A stretch of DNA of 64,000 bases from Somniosus microcephalus (lineage: Eukaryota), in NCBI GenBank assembly GCA_052327205.1, contig CM126207.1:46376001-46440000 (forward strand), in the 5' to 3' direction. Shown one piece after another: positions 37,328 to 50,425 of the stretch. The stretch's first letter is position 1, and every line of letters starts with the position of its first letter. A program made the translations under genes and the position numbers. Under the pieces are notes generated by a model. The model saw only the letters and a list, made by a program, of their open reading frames with translations. It did no database searches and had not been told where the DNA came from.

Positions 37328-37501
37328 TAACTAGGATAAGCTTGGGGTGCCCAGTCGCCACGGTAACTGCCAGAAAAATTGTGCTGAAGTTTGAAGGGGT
37401 CAGGCAACAGGGTCAACAACTCTGGCCTCTTCCTGCGATAGCTCTGCCACCTAATATCCACGAGTCGCAATTGCAGGCCGAGCCGGGCCTAGCCCTGGGA
37501 G
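37328..37501 (+). ncRNA. sox2ot: Probable Sox2ot exon downstream of sox2 (conserved-looking block continues to ~37830)
   Basis: A long polypyrimidine tract ends in AG at 37326-37327, with an alternative AG at 37333-37334. Donor GAG|GTAAGG starts at 37502. GTTCACGGCCTGGGCTCTCC (37541-37560) resembles remembered human SOX2-OT GTTCATGGCCTGGACTCTCC. Confidence 0.65.
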
Positions 37502-38756
37502 GTAAGGCCGCCAGAGCTCTGACAAAAATTGTCTGAGTCAGTTCACGGCCTGGGCTCTCCAGGTGGCCTGTGAAATCGATTTTGACCCCGGTGACCCTGT
37601 CTAGCAGAGGCATGGCAGCCAACATAGCCGGGGATTTAGCTGGGGAAGACAGATTTACATTAAGTGTTTTGGGCAGCCTTGAAGCTTTTGAAGGGAGAAA
37701 GGGGAAGGTGGGCTCACGTGATCTCTGAAAAAGGTGCAGCTCTGTCGAGTCCCAGTTATTTCCAGTGACATTTTGATTTCTCGTGTCTTGTCTCATCGGA
37801 AAGCCAATTTTAATGGGGTTGCAATCTATGTACCCCCCCCCCCCAAATACCTGTTCCTGGTGTCATGGCCAGTATTGCAGTTGAGAGTAGTCTTGTTTTG
37901 TCACTGGTATAGAGTGAAGGAGGATTAAAAGGGCACTGTCTTCACAAAGAAAGTGTTTGGCAAACCTTTTTGATTTGTGTATAAATACACAGTGTGACAA
38001 TCTAAATCACATTATGCCACCATTGTGTGATACACTTCATCACTCATCAAATATATCATGTACTTTACATGAAGACGGTGCCCTGAAAGAGCAATTTAAC
38101 ATTGTCAAATGTAAAAGTGTATCAGTAAAAATGTCTGTCTATATAACTTTGAATTTAACTTTTCTCAGCTCACAATGTTTTGTGTATCACTGATAATTTT
38201 ACCAAACATGATTATTAACACAGAAATATATATAGCAATAACTTCACCAAGAGGGAAGAGTAACAACATTTGATATATTTTACAGGTACATGCATAGCAA
38301 TGACTTTGCATTACAAAATAGGAACATTGTTTATTCGTTCAGTAGAACCAATTCCTTGTCGGTATTTAACCTTAACCCTAAATAGTGGGACCTAACAAAG
38401 CTATCAATGCAGAAAATTAATTATGTAGAATCTAGTGTAAACTTGTAACGTATGGCAAATGGTGGCATAATTTGAATGGATTTTGGCAGGAACTTTTACT
38501 CTTTAGTAACATGATTGTAAATAATACTGTAGTCATGTTTATGCACGAAGAGCTGCTTTTAATTTTTTTCATGGGCTAGTGACCCTGGCATTGAGCCATA
38601 CAAACCAGTAAGCTTCCAGCTTTGGTCCCTAGTCTGTAATGAGTTATGTGATCTCAACTGGGGTTTCAGGTACAATTTGGCCTCCGTTCTCTTGGCTACC
38701 AAGGGTAAAATCAGCCAGGATCTCCTCTCCTTATTGATATCTAATGATTCCTGCTG

Positions 38757-39163
38757 TTAAGCAATGCCTCAATTTCAAAATTCTCATCCTTGTTTTCAAA
38801 TCCCTCCATGGCCCCGCCCCTTCCTATATCTGTAATCTCCTTCAGCCCCACAACCCCCTGAGATATCTGCACTCCTCTAATTCTGCCCTCTTGAGCATCC
38901 CTGATTATAATTGCTCAACCATTGGTGGCCGTGCCTTCTGTTCCCAATGCCCTACCTAAACCTCTCCACCTCACTACCTCTTTTTCCTCCTTTAAGGCAC
39001 TCCTTAAAACCTACCTCTTTGACCAAGCTTTTTGTCATCTGCCCTAATTTCTCCTTATGTGGCTCGGTGTCAATTATTTTTGTCTTTTAATACTCCTGTG
39101 AAGCACCTTGGGACATTTTACTATGTTAAAGGTGCTATATAAATACAAGTTGTTGTTGTTGTT
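38757..39163 (+). mobile_element. L2-type LINE 3' end with (GTT)n tail
   Basis: Translates as FKILILVFKSLHGPAPSYI...IGGRAF, an L2 ORF2 C-terminus. It ends in GCTATATAAATACAAGTTGTTGTTGTT. Confidence 0.85.
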
Positions 39164-39208
39164 GTAAGGTGTGCATTTGTGCACACTGGCTGATGACAGG
39201 GTCAGACC

Positions 39209-39596
39209 GGGCAGCACGGTGGCATAGTGGTTAGCACTGTTGCCTCACAGCGCCAGGGACCTGGGTTCAAATCCGGTCTCGGGTGACTGTCTGTGTGGAC
39301 TTTGCACATTCTCCCTGTGTTTGCGTGGGTTTCCTCCGGGTGCTCCGGTTTCCTCCCACAGTCCAAAGATGTGTGGGTTAGGTTGATTGGCCATGATAAA
39401 AAAATTAAAAAAAATTGACCCTTAGTGTTAGGGGGGATTGGTTATGGGGTTACGGGGATAGGGCTTGGGTGGGATGGCTGTCGGTGTAGGGACCGGGTGC
39501 TAGGGTTTGGCTGATCAGCCATGATCTCGTTGAATGGCGGAGCAGGCTCGAAGGGCCGAATGGCCTACTCCTGCTCCTATCTTCTATGTTTCTATG
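39209..39596 (+). mobile_element. Full-length tRNA-derived V-SINE (HE1-like)
   Basis: A box TGGCATAGTGG, B box GGTTCAAATCC, V-domain GCGTGGGTTTCCTCCGGGTGCTCCGGTTTCCTCCCAC, and a CR1-derived tail ending TTCTATGTTTCTATG. Confidence 0.9.
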
Positions 39597-40359
39597 ATTT
39601 GTCTGTGATGTCCCAACATTGGAATAGCCTGTCAACACTGACTCTCTTTAGATTTATATGTGAAGAATGGCCCTTTGGGTGAGGTACTGGAGGTCTGCTA
39701 GTGCCCATAGAACTGTACCTCCATGCATGTCAATCCCACGAGAAGAGGAGAGCGGGGAAGGGGAGAAAATTGAGGAGGAGGGGTTGGAAAATGCTTCACA
39801 TTTATAGGCCAGTACATGGTAGTCAGTGTAGTAAATGAAATAACCATTACTGCCGATTGGCTACTATATATTGAGAGATAATAATGAAAAGTAATGTATT
39901 GAATGTTCCTCCATGATTCAGCAATTTGGATGTTCTCCAGAAATAATATTTTCTTGAATCTCATCAGATGAAACAAGTGCTGCCGCATTGCAGATTGGTA
40001 CCACTGCAAGCACACTACTTCTCCAGCCTGGAAATGTGGTTTATTCAGGGACTTTCTGGTCCATGAATGGGAATTTAGTAGTCTATTCTAATTTTTATCT
40101 TTAATGTGGAGGTAAATGTTCATTCCAGCTTCAAGGTGTATTTGAAGCTGATTTGATGTTATGAACTTAATAGGTCAGCTAGTGTGCAGTTTCTGAATTG
40201 GTGCAATACAGTTTTGCATCACACTGATGCATAAACTATAATGTAACTCTGGTTTGAGACCACCAGTTTGATTGTGACCCAATTTCTGGCAAGCAGTATG
40301 AAACCACCTCGTATAAAGATTGTAAGCTCCACTGATGGCTCTAATAATACCCAATGAAT

Positions 40360-40725
40360 AGCCGAGGCATAGAGACAGGAATGTTTAAACCCTGGTCCTC
40401 GTTGAATTAGCGGATCTCAGCTCGGGTAGTGATAGGAGTGCTACAATTGGCATTGGCCTCAGAATCTCTGTGCTAGGAAGGGGAAAACATGGACCAGTTT
40501 CTCACTGCTGATTGCTATCCTGTGACACATGCCGAGTGTGTAGGTTGACATCAGTTGAGGACAGGATTGAGCTTGGCTGTGATGCATCATGCAGTTGAAT
40601 AACCTGCCATTGCTCACTATAGAGGCTCACAATGAGCTATGGCCAATTGGCTGAGGTACTGGTTGGTGACTGGAAGTATATTTCAGCAGAGTCAATGCCT
40701 TCCAGAAAGCAGGGTAGAAAATTGT
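40360..40725 (+). mobile_element. AmnSINE2-like SINE, uninterrupted and diverged
   Basis: Homologous to the copies at 840-1237 and 38571-39780. Confidence 0.6.
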
Positions 40726-41859
40726 CAAGTGGAAAAATAGCATGAAGACTTCATAATACTTCATCTGATTAAAGGTACATCTGGTGATAGGTGAGAGGCA
40801 CCTATATTAAATAATGCTAGTATTGAATCACCTTTCGTGTTGGTAGATATCTACACTACAAATCAATAATTCAAACTAAGTATTTGATTATTAAACAAAA
40901 TTAACTCCATATCTGCTCTATAAACAATGCATGGCAGGGAAGCAATTTAATGCACAGTTTATTCCACTTGTGAGGAAGACCATAATAATTTATGGAATAT
41001 ATTTTTATTTTTCAACTCTCTTGTATTCTTTGTTATCTATTTACAGTGTGTTAAGTAAAATGCAAAAAAAAACTTCATTTTGTCTTTACATTTTATTTAG
41101 TACCTTGGCATCTGCTGCAAAGTTGTAGCTTTACTCTAGTGAGGCTGAGCCAGTTGAGTTATTGACTGTTATGACATTTGCCTACAGGTATATGGAGTGA
41201 AAACTGATATTTTCACATCTGTAATATTTCACTAAACTTAATGTGATATATAAACTCTCAGATTAGGTTACAACCTTTATTCCCTTCTCCAGTATCTGCC
41301 ACTTTGTTTGTATATAATGCATACAATGATGTTTAAAAAAATGTAAGTTTGTTTGAAAGTTCTGAGATTTATTGTCATTTTTGATGCTTTAAGAGCAGTG
41401 CCAAATGGTCATCATTGAAGCCATTGACCTCCTTTTGGAATTTTCATGCATGTGCAGATACAATAGTATAAAGTATTCAGGTAGTATAAAAGTGTTCTCT
41501 GCTGCACACAGGTTGATGTACAAGGAACCACTAAACTGTGGACAGATTCACTGGTCAGAAAGTTACACGTGGATTGATCGTCCAGAAACTACCACACAGC
41601 ACAAAGTTGAATGGGCAGTAACTACTACATTGCACAAGACTAACCAACCAAGAACTACTCCACTGTACCCAGATTGACCAGAATCTACATCACTGCAATT
41701 TGTTTGTTTCTTTCTTTGACTTACTCTAATAAAAATGTATATCCAAAACCTATCTACTGCCTGTGAGGTCATTTACTTTTTATTACATTTTCACAAAATA
41801 TACAATACACTCAGCACAATGAGCTAGCTTATATTGCTTTAAAATAAAAAGGAAAACAA

Positions 41860-41990
41860 TAAATGACAGAATTCTGAAATAAAAAACACAAACGGCTGGA
41901 AATACACACCATCTGTAAAGAGTAAAGACAGATTATGACATTTCAAGTGTGTACCCTTTGTCAGACTCTTGTCTGATGAAGGGTATTCTC
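41860..41990. repeat. Penelope-like palindromic remnant
   Basis: CTGAAATAAAAA...GCTGGAAATAC arm and a central hairpin TACCCTTTGTCAGAC-loop-GTCTGATGAAGGGTA. Confidence 0.5.
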
Positions 41991-42417
41991 CGTGGAGGGT
42001 AAAGGGATAGGAAAGAAAGTCATTATTTTAATTTGTATTGGATTGGTTAGGCAGAATGGCCTATTTCTGTGTTGTAGCTTTTATGTACCTCTCTGCATCT
42101 CATTGATCAATATTTCCAATGGGTTAAGGCTTCCAAGTGATCTTATCATTTTCCATTATGGTTTTGTTTTTGACTGTTCCAGAAGTGGAGTAGAATTGTT
42201 CTATTCCCAGGAGAACAGGATCATTCTGGGATACTTATGTAAAAGTGCATTAAACTTAAGTGTTCCATATTAAATCTATAAACAGCACTGTTGAACATTG
42301 AAGTTGAATTGAAAGTGACTTTCAGCTGTGATTTGTAGAACATTGATGCAGAGGATCAAATAAAATTCAGCCTTAACTAAATGCATAAAATACCAAATGT
42401 GATTAAAGCAAACTATT

Positions 42418-43170
42418 GGCCAGAATTTACTAGAGCAGGGCAGGCATCTCTCAGCATACACTGTTAGTTAGACATTTTCCTGCACCCGTGAGCTCAAAAT
42501 TGTTTTGCGCCCTAACTTGCTGGAAGTGTGAGCTGATAACGGCATGGCAAGGGCAACAGGGCATCTTGGACCTTAGTTAATGGCGGGACCAACAGTGTAT
42601 CTCCTTCACCAATGAGATTTAAGGATTGAGAAATAAACAGGAATGACTGAGATGGAGGGTGAATTAGACTGGGTGAATCAGGTACAGAAGGAGAAATGAA
42701 GAGAGGGAAAGAAAGATTGGATTAAGAGAGAAAGAAAAAAGAATCAAAGGAAAAGTAAGAATTTTTTTAAAATTTAAAGATCTCCAACAACAATTCGCTA
42801 CCTGAAGGACTGAGACTCCACAGTTTAAATTGCTCACTTTCTGGGCCAGAGAAGTTGATTGGTAGTCCTTAACAATGATCATGTCGTTAAGAGTACTTGT
42901 GCTATTAATTACTAGACTTAACTTTTTGTGGCAAGTTTAATGGGCAATTAATGTGCAAATCCAGCAAGTTCTTAAAAATAACGGGGAGGCTAAGAGTGAG
43001 ATGCTATTTGTGCAATGCCAACGACAGAGTGATGCAAATTGTCCAGCAACTTGTGGCAATTTGTGATTTACGGGGTATCTCTTCCTCTCCACAAGTTACT
43101 GGATTATTTACACATTGATAATGGCGGGCATCATTAAACTCACCATTATCTTGGCAGCAAATTCTGACCC
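42418..43170. mobile_element. Non-autonomous DNA transposon with short TIRs
   Basis: GGCCAGAATTTACT (42418) against the reverse complement of AGCAAATTCTGACC (43156-43169), 12/14 matches. No coding capacity. Confidence 0.55.
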
Positions 43171-44009
43171 CTTGTATTTATACAGTATTAATATTGGTCA
43201 CTAACACTCGATCTGTTCTGGATTGTAAGACATTTTGGTTACTCTCATGGAGCTCTATTATTACTATTGGCTTTTATTTGGATAAAATACTTTTACTAAT
43301 CATGCTGACAATTAACTGGAAAATAAAATACCTGTTGGGTTGCTTAACAACCTCCAACCATCTCCCCCAAAAATTCCAATGTAAGAGACCTTGCCAAAGT
43401 ATATGACCTGTATTTTTGATGTTTAATGACTTGTAGTATTTATTATATTGGTATTCTCTCTCTCTCCATGTTTAGAGTGGTGATGTGCTGATTGTTGTCC
43501 ATGAAACAAACTTTCAATGCAGCCTAGTGCACCACTCAGAATGGCACAAGAGATGACTTCACAATAAACTTGCATTAGGGGATTGTTAATGAAAATCTAG
43601 TGATGTAAACTAGTGGAGATCTGTATTCTGAAAAATATTTTAAATTTCAAGTGGTATCATAAGTATCAGGAGTACTGCTGCTGGAATAGGGCAACTTCAG
43701 CTGATCAAAGCATTAGACTTTAATCTGCTCGCGATCCCATTCCACCATAGAAGAAGCATGATTGCACAATATAGCCACACTAATTATCAAAGTATTAATA
43801 TTCATGAAATTACATAATGTTTAAGGGATGAGTTTTTTTAATGGAAATTTAATACAGATTCCTCTAAAACTAGAAATTGGAGATGTAATGTAACGCTTTA
43901 CATAAAAACACAAGTTCCCTCTCCCTGACCATCAGAACCTTTACATTCAGGGGTGTGCAAACAACCTCTCCAAATGCCAATTTATACAGACTGCACTTAA
44001 GATATATGA

Positions 44010-44172
44010 AGGGAGAATGAGGAGAGGCAATAAAAATGAAATGGTACAATTTTAAAGGGTGCAAGGACAGAGAGAGCTGGAGGTTTATGTACACAAATCT
44101 TTGAAGGTGGCAGGACAAGTTGATAAGGCGGTTAAAAAAGCACAAGGGATTCTGGGCTTTATTAGTAGAGGC
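44010..44172 (+). mobile_element. Internal CR1 ORF2 fragment
   Basis: Translates as RELEVYVHKSLKVAGQVDKAVKKAQGILGFISRG. Confidence 0.8.
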
Positions 44173-44984
44173 TCCATACTCCTCTCTCCCCAAATTCCCT
44201 CTTCAAATCCTACAGCCTTGTTTCCACCTTGCCCATAGTACCAAGACCACTGCAGTCAAAATCACTATGGAAGTCCAACACTAGGAGTAAACAGTTGACC
44301 AGTCTACGCTCTTTCTCTGTTTTTCAGTTTCCTTGTCCACTCTCTTTTAAATATACATATGTCTTCTCTAATTTAGAAAAACAGACTGGGTTCATTCAAA
44401 ATTGTATACAAATTCAACATATATTTTCCTGCTGATTTGTGAAACAATACCACTTCTAATATGGGGCAATTTCATAAGTCTATGAAAAAAAATATCTACC
44501 TATCTTGGCTGCTCCCATTATTTCTGCTATATCTGTAGCAGTAGATGTTCCAAGTAAAGATAAGAGAAAAAGACATTTGAATATATCTGCATGTACACCA
44601 GTATGTGTATATGCTAGTGCTTTGTGCTATTTTTCAAGGCAGAATGTCCCACTCTCTTTACTTGAAATTTCTCCCTCGTAGCAGAAAAAAATTATCGTGA
44701 CTAAGGGCAAGTCAACTTCAAGACAGACTCAGGGTGGTGATCACCATAATCTCACAGGTACGATTAAATAATAAACTTTATCAAGTTCATTTACTTCACA
44801 TGCCTCCAAATTGATCTGGGTCTGAGTTTAAAAGATAATTGGACAAATGCAGGGGTTAGGAGCTTGGATACTTTAGTGTACAAAAGGATATCCAAGTTTA
44901 CATTCAAATTGGTCATCCTTTTCATGACCAAATTATATACAAAATCATGGTGCAGTACCAATGCAGGACTTGAAAATCTCTGAT

Positions 44985-46154
44985 CATCTCTTATCTGCCC
45001 TTTGTGACTGCAGCAATGGTATGTTTTCCCTTCTCAACCTTTGCATGGCATGCAGGACAGGTGACCACCCTATCCTCCTCCACTATCTCTTGTCTATGGC
45101 CCACCTCTGGGAGACCACCTACATTTAGTTCACTCCTTCTTTCCCGAATGGAGCTAGCACATCTCCAGTAATGGTTGCTCTTCCCATTCCCACATAGTCA
45201 CCACTGGAATACCCCAAGTTTCCTATTTTTCCTCTATTACATACTGTCTTTTGGAGATATTATCAGCAGACATGGGGTGAATTTTGATGTCTTTGGTGAT
45301 GACACCACATTCTGCTTCTCCACTAGCACCTTCGATTCCATGACTATCTTTGTTCTGTTAGACTTTCTAACTGATGTAAAGTGATGGATGAACCATAACT
45401 TTCTCCAGTTAAATATTGGGAAAACTAAAGCTATTTCATTTGGCTCCCATCAACAATTCCACATCCTTGTTTCTCTCCCTCTACCCCTTCCCAGTTGCTT
45501 ACTCTGGTTGTGCACCATCTGGTTCAACCTCTGTTTGATCTATAGAAGAGCTTCAAACTCCATGTCTTATCCATTACTAAGATTACATCCTTCCACATCT
45601 GCAACATTGCTCACCTTCCTACTACCCCACCTCCACTGCCACTGAAACCATGCCTTCATTACCTCAAGACTTGGTTTATCAAAAGTCTGTCTTGCTAGTT
45701 TCCTGCATTTTCCCCATCAAACTTCAAATTGCCCTCTTGTCTCACACTAATTTGTGTTTCCTCATTATCCTTATCATAGTTAACTTCCACTGGCTCCCTG
45801 TCTTTCAAAGCACCAAATTCAAAATCCTTGTCCTTGTTTACAAATTCCATTGTGGCTTTGCTCCACCCCATGTTATACAGTCCTCTGATTCTGGCCTCCT
45901 GTACATCCCTTTTGGTGTTCCTCCCTTGGTGTCAGAGCTTTCAGCCATCTATGCACTTACCCTCTTGAATTTCCTCCTTAAACCTCTTTGCCTTGCTACT
46001 TCACTCTCTGCTTTTAAAAGTCCCCTCAAACCTATGTTTTCAATTGTACTTTCGGACAAGTTGTTCTAAGTCACCTACCAATTGATCTATGAGAAGCATT
46101 TTAGGACATTTAATTACATTAGAGGTGATATACAAATGCAAATTATTGTTGTTG
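44985..46154 (+). mobile_element. Old, degenerate L2-type LINE (RT through 3' end)
   Basis: GDIISRHGVNFDVFGDDT (RT YADD region), WMNHNFLQLNIGKTKAI, HWLPV...FKILVLVYK, and a TTGTTGTTG tail. Confidence 0.8.
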
Positions 46155-46196
46155 AGGACGTTGATCAAAAAACCCTTCAATATACTTGGTACCATA

Positions 46197-46840
46197 GGGG
46201 CTGATTATATCTTTTGGCCCAAAATGGGTGGTTGGTGGGAGGTGCTGTGAAACCCAAGCCATTTTGAGGTCCTCACTTGATCCTTGTGATGACCTGTGCA
46301 TGTAAAACTGACACTCCAATGCAGTTCATTGGTTGAGGAGGGTGGGAAAACATTCAGCTCCATGTAGGATCCAACCAACAGTCCGATCTTGGGGGCAGGG
46401 GTGGTGGGGTGGGGTGGGGTGGGGTGCACTTATCACAATATACTTATGGGGCCAGGCAGAGTAGTAGTCCTGCTCCACCAGGCCTTGCAAAAATAAAAGA
46501 TGAAAAAGGGTTTTTGGCTATTATTTGAGCGGCCTCCAGTGGACCCTTTAAGGACCACAGGTTAGGTCGCTCAACGCCCTGCAAATTGGCAGAGCATGCA
46601 CAGTGCATATTCCACCCATTTGTACCTCAAAATTGTTATCTGAGTTCTATGTATGTCCCAATATGCATATTAAAAGTGGCCTCCTTTCTGAAACAGGCAA
46701 GTGCTCCATCCGCCCATCTAAAGGCTCCAGCCTAGGCAGTGGCTAAATCGGTAACATAAACAGGGCAGTACGTGACCCAATGCAATTTGCAGACCGATAT
46801 TGCCCTATTTGCTTGGATGGCTGCAGTTAAAATTGGCCCC
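46197..46840. mobile_element. Putative non-autonomous DNA transposon
   Basis: GC-richer segment bounded by GGGGCTGATTATA and TAAAATTGGCCCC, an imperfect TIR pair. Confidence 0.45.
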
Positions 46841-47649
46841 ATTGAATGTCACATCACAGGAGGCCTTTCAGTCCATTGTGCTTTTTTCCAGAGTAATCCA
46901 AAACGAATCCCACTACCCTGCACTCTCTCCATAGCCCTGTATCTTCCTGTGCATCAAATGTTTTTCCCTTAAAAAATGTAATGGTCGATGCCTCAAATAT
47001 TTCCTGTGGCAAAGCGCTCCAAGTCTGCATAAAGAAATTTCTCCTAATGTCTTATCTCACTCATTTTATCTAATGACTAAATTATTGGGATTTGTTCAAA
47101 TAACTTGGAGCTTAGAAGAAAATAATAAGAGATGGCAATAAGTGGAAAGCATCCATTATAGTTTTATTAATATCTTTTCAATATTTAACAAATTTTCAAA
47201 TAAAATAAAAAGCATACCAAGTTAGATATATGTATGCGCATGTATACATAATATTTTATTGAACCAATCAAATTTATTGTGTCAAGTTAATTAACGATTT
47301 GATTGCTAAAAGTCCTTTTCAACTTTCAAAATGCAAAAATGCACATTTTCTCGTTCTCATTTTTAAAAAAAAGATAGGGACAGGGCCACTGAGGGATGAG
47401 CAAAATAAACTCGCACAAGATGATACTGAAATGGCTAGGATACTGAATAGGTACTTTTCCTCAGTTTCCCCTGGAAGGTAACAAAAGAAAGAAGCCAAAG
47501 GGTATTAAAACAGCTAAGAGGGGAAGAAAGGAGATACAAGACAAAGTAGCCAAACTTAACGAGGACAAGGCCCCAGGTCCAGATGGATTGCACCCGCAGT
47601 GCTCAAAGAAACTAGGGAGGAGACAGCAGAGGCTCTAGTATACATACCT

Positions 47650-49907
47650 AAACATAGAAACATAGAAGATAGGAGCAGGAGTAGGCCATTCAGCCCCTCG
47701 AGCCTGCTCCGCCATTCAATGAGATCATGGCTGATCATCCAAACTCAGTACCCTGTCCCTGCCTTCTCCCCATATCCCTTGATCCCTTTAGCCTTGAGAA
47801 ATATATCTAACTCCTTCTTGAATTTATTTAATGAATTGGCCTCAACTGCCTTCTGTGATAGAGAATTCCACAGGTTCACCACTCTCTGGGTGAAGAAATT
47901 CCTCCTCATCTCTGTCCTAAATGGCTTACCCCTTATCCTTAGACCGTGACCCCTGGTTCTGGACTCCCTGGCCATCGGAAACATCCTTCCTGCATCTAGT
48001 CTCTCTAGTCCTGTTAGAATTTTATAAATTTTAATGAGATCCCCTCTCATTCTTCTAAACTCCAGCGAATATAAGCCCAATCGACCCAATCTCTCCTCAT
48101 ACATCATTCCTGCCACCCCAGGTATCAGTCTGGTGAATCTTTGCTGCACTCCATCCATGGCAAGAACATCCTTCCTCAGATAAGGTGACCAAAACTGCAC
48201 ACAATACTCAAGATGTGGTCTCACCAAGGCCCTGTACAACTGCAGCAAGACATCCTTGTTCCTGTACTCGAATCCTCTCGCTACGAAGGCAACATACCAT
48301 TTGCCTTCTTAACCGCCTGCTGCACCTGCATGCTTACCTTCAGCGACTGGTGCACAAGGACACCCAGGTCTCGTTGCACTTCCCCTTCTCCCAATCTATT
48401 GCCATTCAGATAATAATCTGCCTTCCTGTTTTTGCCACCAAAGTGGATAACCTCGCATTTAACCACATTATACTGCATCTGCCATACATCTGCCCAATCA
48501 CCCAACCTGTCCAAATCATACTGGAGTTTCTCGGCATCTTTCTCACAGCACACATGCCCCCCAGCTTTGTGTCATCTGCAAACTTGGAGATATTACATTG
48601 AGTTCCCTTGTCTAGATCATTAATATATATTGTGAATAGCTGGGGTCCTATGACCGATCCCTGCGGTACCCCACTAGTCACTGCCTGCCACTTGGAAAAA
48701 GACCCGTTTATTCCAACTCTTTGCTTCCTGTCTGCCAACCAATTCTCTATCCAAGTCAGTACCTTGCCCCCAATCCCATGTGCCTTAACTTTACATGCTA
48801 ATCTCTTATGCGAGACCTTATCGAAAGCCTTCTGAAAGTCCAAATACACCACATCCACTGGTACTCCCTTATCTATTCTACCAGTTACATCCTCAAAAAA
48901 TTCCAGTAGATTAATCAAGCACGATTTACCTTTTGTAAATCCATGTTGACTTTGTCCGATCCTGTCACTGTTTTCCAAGTGCTCTGCTATTACATCTTTT
49001 ATAATAGACTCTAGCATTTTCCCCACTACCGATGTCAGGCTTACCGGTCTATAATTCCCCGTTTTCTCTCTACCACCTTTTTTGAATAGTGGGGTAACAT
49101 TAGCTACCCTCCAATCCATGGGAACTGTTCCAGAGTCTATCGAATTTTGGAAGATGACCAGCAATGCATCTACTATTTCTAGGGCCACTTCCTTAAGTAC
49201 CCTAGGATGTAGATTATCAGGCCCTGGGGATTTATCGACCTTCAATCCCGTCAATTTCCCTAACACCATTTCCCTACAAATACTGATTTCTTTCAGTTCC
49301 TCCCTCTCATTAGACCCTATGTTCCCCGATATCTCTGGGAGGTTATTTGTGTCCTCCTTTGTGAAGACAGAACCAAAGTATGTATTTAATTGGTCTGCCG
49401 TTTCTTTGTTCCCCATTATAAATTCCCTTGATTCTGACTGCAAGGGACCTACGCTTGACTTCGCCAATCTTTTTCTCTTCGCATATCTATAAAAGCTTTT
49501 ACAGTCAGTTTTTATGTTCCCTGAAAGCTAACTCTCATACTCTATTTTCCCCCTCTTAATTAATCCCTTTGTCCTCCTTTGCTGAATCCTAAACTGCTCC
49601 CAATCCTCAGGTTTACTGCTTTTTCTGGCCAATTTATATGTCCTTTCCTTGGATCTTATGCTATCCCTAATTTCCCTTGTTAGCCACAGTTGAGTCACCT
49701 TTTTTGTTTTATTTTTATGCCAAACAGGGCTGAACAAATTCTGTCGTTCATCCATGCGATCTTTGAATGTTTGCCATTGCCTATCCACCGTCAACCCTTT
49801 GAGTAACATTCCCCAATCAATCCTACCCAACTCGTGCCTCATACCATCGTAGTTTCCTTTATTTAAATTCAGGACCCTAGTCTCTGAGTCAACTACTTCA
49901 CTCTCCA
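47650..49907 (-). mobile_element. Young 5'-truncated CR1 (HER1-like) LINE with frameshifted ORF2
   Basis: Four consecutive ORFs carry [36 protein letters not shown] and LVRPHLEYCVQFWSP. The tail is (TTTCTATG)n. Confidence 0.95.
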
Positions 49908-50425
49908 TAAAAATTCAATTTAAAAAGGAATATTACCAGAAGACTGGTGAACAGCAATTGTAATTCCTATCATTAAAAAGTGAGATGGAACTAATACAGG
50001 GAACTATAAACCAGTTAGTTAACATCAGTGGTAGGAAACATGTTAGAATCTTTGCTAAAGCATGAGATAACCAAACATCTAAAGACGGAATAGTCAGTAT
50101 GGATTTCTAAAAGGAAGGTCATGTTTATCTAACCTTATTTAATTCTTTGAAGAAATAATAAAAAGAGTAGACAAGGGCAATGTAGTGGATGTGGTATACA
50201 TGGACTTTCTGAAGGTCTTCGATAAGATGCCACATAAGAGACTCATGACAAAGATCAGGGCATTTGGAGTCAGCGGACAAGTAGTAGAATTATTTGAAAG
50301 ATGACTACAAAATAGAAAACAGAGGTTAGTGGTTAAGGGAATTTTCCCAGACTGGCAGAAAGTGGAAGTGGTGTCCTGCAGGAATCTGTGCTGGTTCCAC
50401 TCTTATTCACCATATTCTTAAATGA

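Larger units (their letters stand above)
38571..39780 (+). mobile_element. AmnSINE2-like SINE in three pieces (38571-38756, 39164-39208, 39597-39780)
   Basis: The three pieces joined together align in order with the intact copy at 40360-40725. Confidence 0.65.

Noticed and set aside
39209-39280. tRNA-like A and B boxes (also at 50800-50870)
   Set aside because: These are SINE heads, not tRNA genes.
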